Below, one piece after another: positions 59,143 to 64,000 of a DNA stretch of 64,000 nt. Position 1 is the stretch's first letter. Every line of letters begins with the position of its first letter. Below the pieces are notes generated by a model. It saw only the letters and a list, made by a program, of their open reading frames with translations, ran no database searches and had not been told where the DNA came from. The stretch comes from Eledone cirrhosa (lineage: Eukaryota): the NCBI GenBank assembly GCA_964016885.1, contig OZ024751.1, positions 51,708,001-51,772,000 on the forward strand. The letters run 5' to 3'. A program made the translations under genes and the position numbers.

Positions 59143-60203
59143 ACCAGATAGAAAAATGCGTACAGCAAAAAAAAGTAATATTGTTGGAATATAAACCTTT
59201 AAAAATACAGGACAAGAAACTAAAATAAAACTTTAAAAGAATAGGACAAGAAACTAAGATAAAACTTTAAAAGAATAGGACAAGAAACTAAGATAAAACT
59301 TTAAAGAATTGGACAAGAAATAAAAAATTTTACAATAATATTAGTGGCAAAATTTTTTTATTCGTTTCCTGTGCTATGCCCCAGTATCTTCTTGATTGGT
59401 GCATAATAATTGTCATGCTCTCATTGTGCGTTGCCCCTGAGCGGTTGGTTCTGGTTGGGGTTGGTTGGCTGAGCAGTTCTGCTCCGTCAGAATGACCATT
59501 GCAAGAAGAATTGGCCGATGCAGCTGCAGGTCTCCTCCAAGAATGCACTTCTGGTCCCGCAACACCATACGAAGATGGAGAAGACGACCGGGACAAGATG
59601 TCGACTCTGACCATCGACTACGGCACCTCCCTCAACCACCGGTCCTCCCTCCCTCTGTCCCGTCATCTCTCCAGTCCTCCTGCTCCCCCTTCCTGTACCA
59701 GAAAGCTGTGGCACGCATTCATCTGGACTGTCGGACTTGAACTCAAGGATAAGATGCAAGGAGAAGATGGACGGGTTGGTCAAGATCAAGGATGAGCGGG
59801 ACGACAAGACCGTCCGCTGCTGCTCAAGATCTGTGCTCATGGGCCCATGGGTCCATTCACATTATGTATGACACATGAGGCGTGTCGCCGAATAATGAAA
59901 TAGGGGTATGGTTATGGCCCAATTGGTGTTCAAACCAGGATCAAATGATCCCCCCGGTCTGACGACGACCTCTGAATGTGGAACCCAGAGCCTATGAATG
60001 TGGAACTCGATTTTTACCAATAAAAATGTTGCCACTAATATTATTGTAAATTTTTTTTATTTCTTGTCCAATTCTTTAAAGTTTTATCTTAGTTTCTTGT
60101 CCTATTCTTTTAAAGTTTTATTTTAGTTTCTTGTCCTGTATTTTTAAAGGTTTATATTCCAACAATATTACTTTTTTTTGCTGTACGCATTTTTGTATCT
60201 GGT
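59143..60203. mobile_element. Fold-back-like element with ~190-220-bp modular inverted repeats and GC-rich interior
   Basis: Arms ~59143-59365 and ~60015-60203 with 33-34-bp GGACAAGAAACTAAGATAAAACTTTAAAAGAATA subrepeats (one extra on the left). No TSD seen. Confidence 0.65.
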
Positions 60204-60219
60204 TTAACTTATGTATGAC

Positions 60220-60676
60220 TGTAGCAAGAGTTGCCTCCCTTGTCATGACAATCTCATCACCGCTCTCTAGACAGGAAGTAGCTGGAGTTGCTTCCCTTTG
60301 GCATTGACAGACTCCCTGTTGGTCACTTCCGGTCAATTCCTATAAAAGGAACAGGTTGCCACGATATCTCCCTCTTGCCTCCTGATTTCTGAAGTGGTAA
60401 CACCTGCGACCGTAGCTTGTGATGATTCCTTCTTGATGATCCTTCGTTACCAAGAACAATGCAACTTGCAGTCTGAGAACCTTAAGATGTTGATACCAGC
60501 CAGAAAAGATCTCTTCTTTTCTCTACCAACTTCAGCCTCGAGTTATGACCATCGGGTAACAAATCCTTAATATTTAATGCCTTTGACTTCCATGAAGTAA
60601 AAACTTTATTATAACACACACACCGGTATTTACTGTCTTTTTTATGTTATATGTACACCGATACCAATCTCCTAAA
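60220..60676 (+). mobile_element. Putative 5' LTR of the gypsy element
   Basis: Starts TGTAG and ends CTAAA (degenerate CTACA). TATAAAAG at ~60341. Immediately followed by the PBS. Confidence 0.65.
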
Positions 60677-60677
60677 G

Positions 60678-60695
60678 TGTTGACCCCGACGTGAT
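60678..60695 (+). promoter_or_regulatory. Primer-binding site for tRNA-Trp
   Basis: TGTTGACCCCGACGTGAT, one mismatch from TGGTGACCCCGACGTGAT (complement of the tRNA-Trp 3' end). Confidence 0.88.
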
Positions 60696-61166
60696 TTTTA
60701 AAAAAAAAAAAAAAAAGAATGGGAAATGGTATACGGTGTATATAATATAATATAAAAAAAAAAAAAAGAGAGACAGAAAAAGAGAAAAATATAACAATTT
60801 AATACAAAACGAACAACTACAATTATTGACACACAGACAAACAGCAATTGTATAAATGTTTTTGCCTTTTGTTTTCTCTCCTTTTCTGCCCTTCTCTGGC
60901 TAAAATTTTTTGAGGATGACAAGATGGAGTCTCTCTTCTCCATCAATAGTGTTTTGGGCGCGAAATAGTCCGCCATGTTGGATTTTTTTTTTTTTTTAGC
61001 TTCTTTGCCCTTACCTTAGTATAACAGCATTCACTTAATCGCTTGTTTGCATATTGTCCCGGGTGCATTATTTTTCCGGTCCAGTGGTTTGACGAAAAAA
61101 TGTTGTTTTCCTTTTCTGTTACGTTACAGACATTTTTCCAAACGGTAGATTGCCTACGGTATACCA

Positions 61167-61469
61167 ATGGCTTGTGTTCACCACCCAGCTCGGGCCACAC
61201 ACGGCCATGCGATCTACGCGGCAGCGCCAACAGACAGCTCGACCATTATAGCGATGCAAAGGTCCATTCAGGAGCTCACCATAGAGCTCCACAAGATGAA
61301 GGCCTTATGTGGTGGCTGTTCGCGCCCCCGCAGTCGCGGGAGATCGCAAAGTTTTAGACGGCGTTCTAAATCACCAGCTTCATCTCTATGCTGGTACCAC
61401 GAGCGATTTGCTGAGAACGCGAATCACTGCGTGCAACCTTGCTCTTTTCATAAGGCGGGAAACGCATAA
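61167..61469 (+). pseudogene. C-terminal remnant of CsRn1-clade gag
   Basis: Arg/Ser-rich stretch then the CWYHERFAENANHCVQPC (CHCC) motif. Confidence 0.85.
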
Positions 61470-61498
61470 GAGGTCCGCTGACGGGGACAGCTGACCTC
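61457..61498 (+). promoter_or_regulatory. -1 programmed ribosomal frameshift signal (gag/pol)
   Basis: G GGA AAC in gag phase, 6-nt spacer, hairpin GAGGTCCGCTG-ACGGGGA-CAGCTGACCTC. The -1 frame leads into the protease and RT. Confidence 0.82.
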
Positions 61499-64000
61499 AA
61501 CATAAAGTCACCAAACCGCCATTTCTTCATTAAGGACCTAATGTCCGGAAGAGGTTTCCTCGTGGATACAGGAGCCTCCTGTAGTATTTGACCGGTCCAT
61601 TGCCTGAAAGATACCCCCATAGAGTCATCTGTTACGCTGCAGGCAGTTAACCACTCGTCTATAAAGACGTACGGGCAAATCTCGCTCCCTCTTAAATTCC
61701 TAAATCTTCGAAGGGATTTTAAGTGGATGTTTACGGTTGCCGATTTGCCATATCCCATCTTAGGAGCGGATTTCCTCCACAACTTCTCTTTAACTGTGGA
61801 TGTCCGTGGCCAACGCCTGGTGGATAACATCACCGGCTTTTCAATTCATGGCCAGGAAGCCAATGCTCCAATAATCAGCCCCATGTTCTTTATCGCTGCC
61901 GCTGGAGACGCCTACCATGCGTTACTGGGTTCTTTCCCGGAGCTCACGGATGGAAATTTTCGAGTCACTGACCCAACACACTCGACCGAACATTTCGTTT
62001 CCACCACCGGTGCTCCAGTATTTTCGCGTCCACGCTGCTTACCGACGGAAAAATTAAAGGCAGCACGGTCCGAGTTCGACCATATGCTGCAGCTGGGCAT
62101 TATTCGCCCATCTACGAGTCCTTGGGCTTCACCGTTACACATGGTGCCCAAGACTTCCGGCGACTGGAGACCCACTGGGGATTATAGGATGTTAAATGCC
62201 ATGACCGTCCCGGATAGGTATCCCATTCCCCATATCCACGATTTTGCATCTTCACTGCAGGGGTGTAAGATTTTTTCTAAGTTAGATTTAGTGCGAGCCT
62301 ACCACCAAATTCCGGTCAGGAAGGAGGATATTCCGAAAACGGCGATTACAACCCCTTTCGGATCATTCGAATTTTTTACCATGCCTTTCGGACTCAGGAA
62401 CGCCGCTAGCACTTTTCAGCGATTCATAGACGAGGTCACGCGTGGTCTGGACTTCGTTTATGCTTACATAGACGATATTCTCGTCGCTAGTTCCTCTCCA
62501 GAAGAGCATATGCGCCACATGCTTCTCTTATTTCGGCGACTTCAGGATTACCGCGTTCGCGTGAATCCTGCAAAGTGTGTTTTCGGTTCCACTTCCCTAC
62601 ATTTTTTAGGCCACCTCATCGACGCCGAAGGTATTAGACCGCTCCCTCAGCGAGTTCAAGCCATACAGGAGTTACCTCCGCCTACTACACTTCACCAGTT
62701 GCGTCACTTCTTAGGCCTAATCAATTTCTATCTTCCCTTACTGACATTTTAAAAAATCGTCGTAAGAAGAATGAAGACATTTCCTTGACACACGGACAGC
62801 TTCAGGACTTCCAGTCTGCCAAGACAGCACTCGCTAGTTCTTCTTTGCTAGCCCACCCGGTACCAGAGGCCAAGCTTTCGCTTTGTGTCGATGCATCTGA
62901 TACCGCTGTGGGAGCAGTTTTACAGCAGTCTTACGCTGAAAACCAACAACCTTTGGCATTTTTCTCGAGGAAGTTGAAACCAGCAGAAACGCGTTATAGC
63001 ACGTTTGGGCGGGAATTATTAGCCATATATCTGTCGGTGAAACATTTCTCTCATATTCTTGAGGGGAGAAATTTTACGGTTTTTACCGACCACAAACCGT
63101 TGACCTTCGCTTTGAGGGCCAAGGCCGACAGATATTCGCCCAGAGAGACAAGGCACCTGGACTACGTTTCACAATTTACAAACGATATCCAGCACATTGC
63201 CGGCTCGCACAACATAGTTGCAGACGCATTGTCACGTTTGCCAATTAGCTCCATCTCGTCATCCCAGGAGATCGACTTAGGTCGTTTAGCTGCAGACCAA
63301 CCTGCACTCCAATCGTTGGACACTCTTTCTACTGAATTTGCGACTTGCATTTTCAAATACCTGCCCTTGTCCACCACCGACAGGCAGATTCTATGTGATG
63401 TATCTACTGATGCACCACGACCACTTGTTCCTGAGACTCATCGTCGAATTGTGTTCCTGGCTTTGCACAACATTTCTCATCCAGGATCTGCTGCCACAGT
63501 TAAACTCATAACAGCCAGATTCTTCTGGCCAAATATGAGGCGCGACATTGCTGCTTGGTGCCGTTCCTGTATCGCTTGCCAGAAATCAAAGATCCATAGA
63601 CACATCCGGACTCCACTTGGTACTTTCAGTACTCCAGATGCTCGGTTCCAACACATCCACATTGACATCGTTAGACCTTGGCCATTCAGCAGTGGATATT
63701 CTTACATATTGACGTGTGTGGATCGTTTTTCAAGGTGGCCTGAGGCCATCCCTTTACAAGACATGACGGCTGAGACTGTAGCACGTGCCCTGGTATCAGG
63801 GTGGATTACCCGCTTTGGGGTACCAACTACACTCACCACAGACCGTGGTAGACAATTCGAGTCCCATCTCTTCTCTGAGCTCACAAAAATAATTGGAGCT
63901 CAACGGATTCGGACCACAGCCTATCATCCTGCTTCAAATGGAATGGTGGAACGATTCCACCGCCAATTAAAGGCCGCTCTTCGCGCCTATCCAGACTCTC
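61457..64000 (+). pseudogene. Ty3/gypsy (CsRn1 clade) pol: PR-RT-RH-IN, mutated, continues past window end
   Basis: FLVDTGAS (then TGA at ~61589); ILGADFL; SPWASPL; [11 protein letters not shown]; YIDDILV; deletion/frameshift at ~62730; VDASD..PLAFFS..FTDHKPL; H..HPG..CRSCIAC; [10 protein letters not shown]; NGMVERFH. Confidence 0.95.

Noticed and set aside
61589-61591. Programmed readthrough at the TGA in the gypsy protease (likewise TAG 37145 and the LINE stops)
   Set aside because: The elements carry other frameshifts, so simple nonsense mutations are more parsimonious.

Overview
Repeat-dominated eukaryotic genomic DNA. Kilobase (TA)n/(CA)n microsatellites and SINE-like repeats resembling those of octopods suggest a coleoid cephalopod; this is an inference, not verified. 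Contents: (i) a 6.5-kb, 50-bp satellite with higher-order structure; (ii) one intact, intronless, divergent EFR3 homolog (probable retrogene); (iii) a full-length but mutated Tx1/L1-clade LINE with a 17-bp target-site duplication, inserted into one arm of a palindrome; (iv) a ~21.5-kb nest of Penelope-like elements (PLEs: one YVDD-type, two YRDD Naiad-like) in (TA)n tracts, bracketed by a ~0.2-kb inverted repeat; (v) RTE, mariner, MITE and SINE remnants; (vi) a CsRn1-type Ty3/gypsy element with tRNA-Trp PBS and a -1 frameshift signal. The strongest signal absent from the ORF track is 18 type-I hammerhead-ribozyme folds in about six sequence families. They sit in PLE terminal repeats and in short cassettes inside (TA)n, several as inverted twins. 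Most long IY/CV/GWLV ORFs in the track are microsatellite artefacts.
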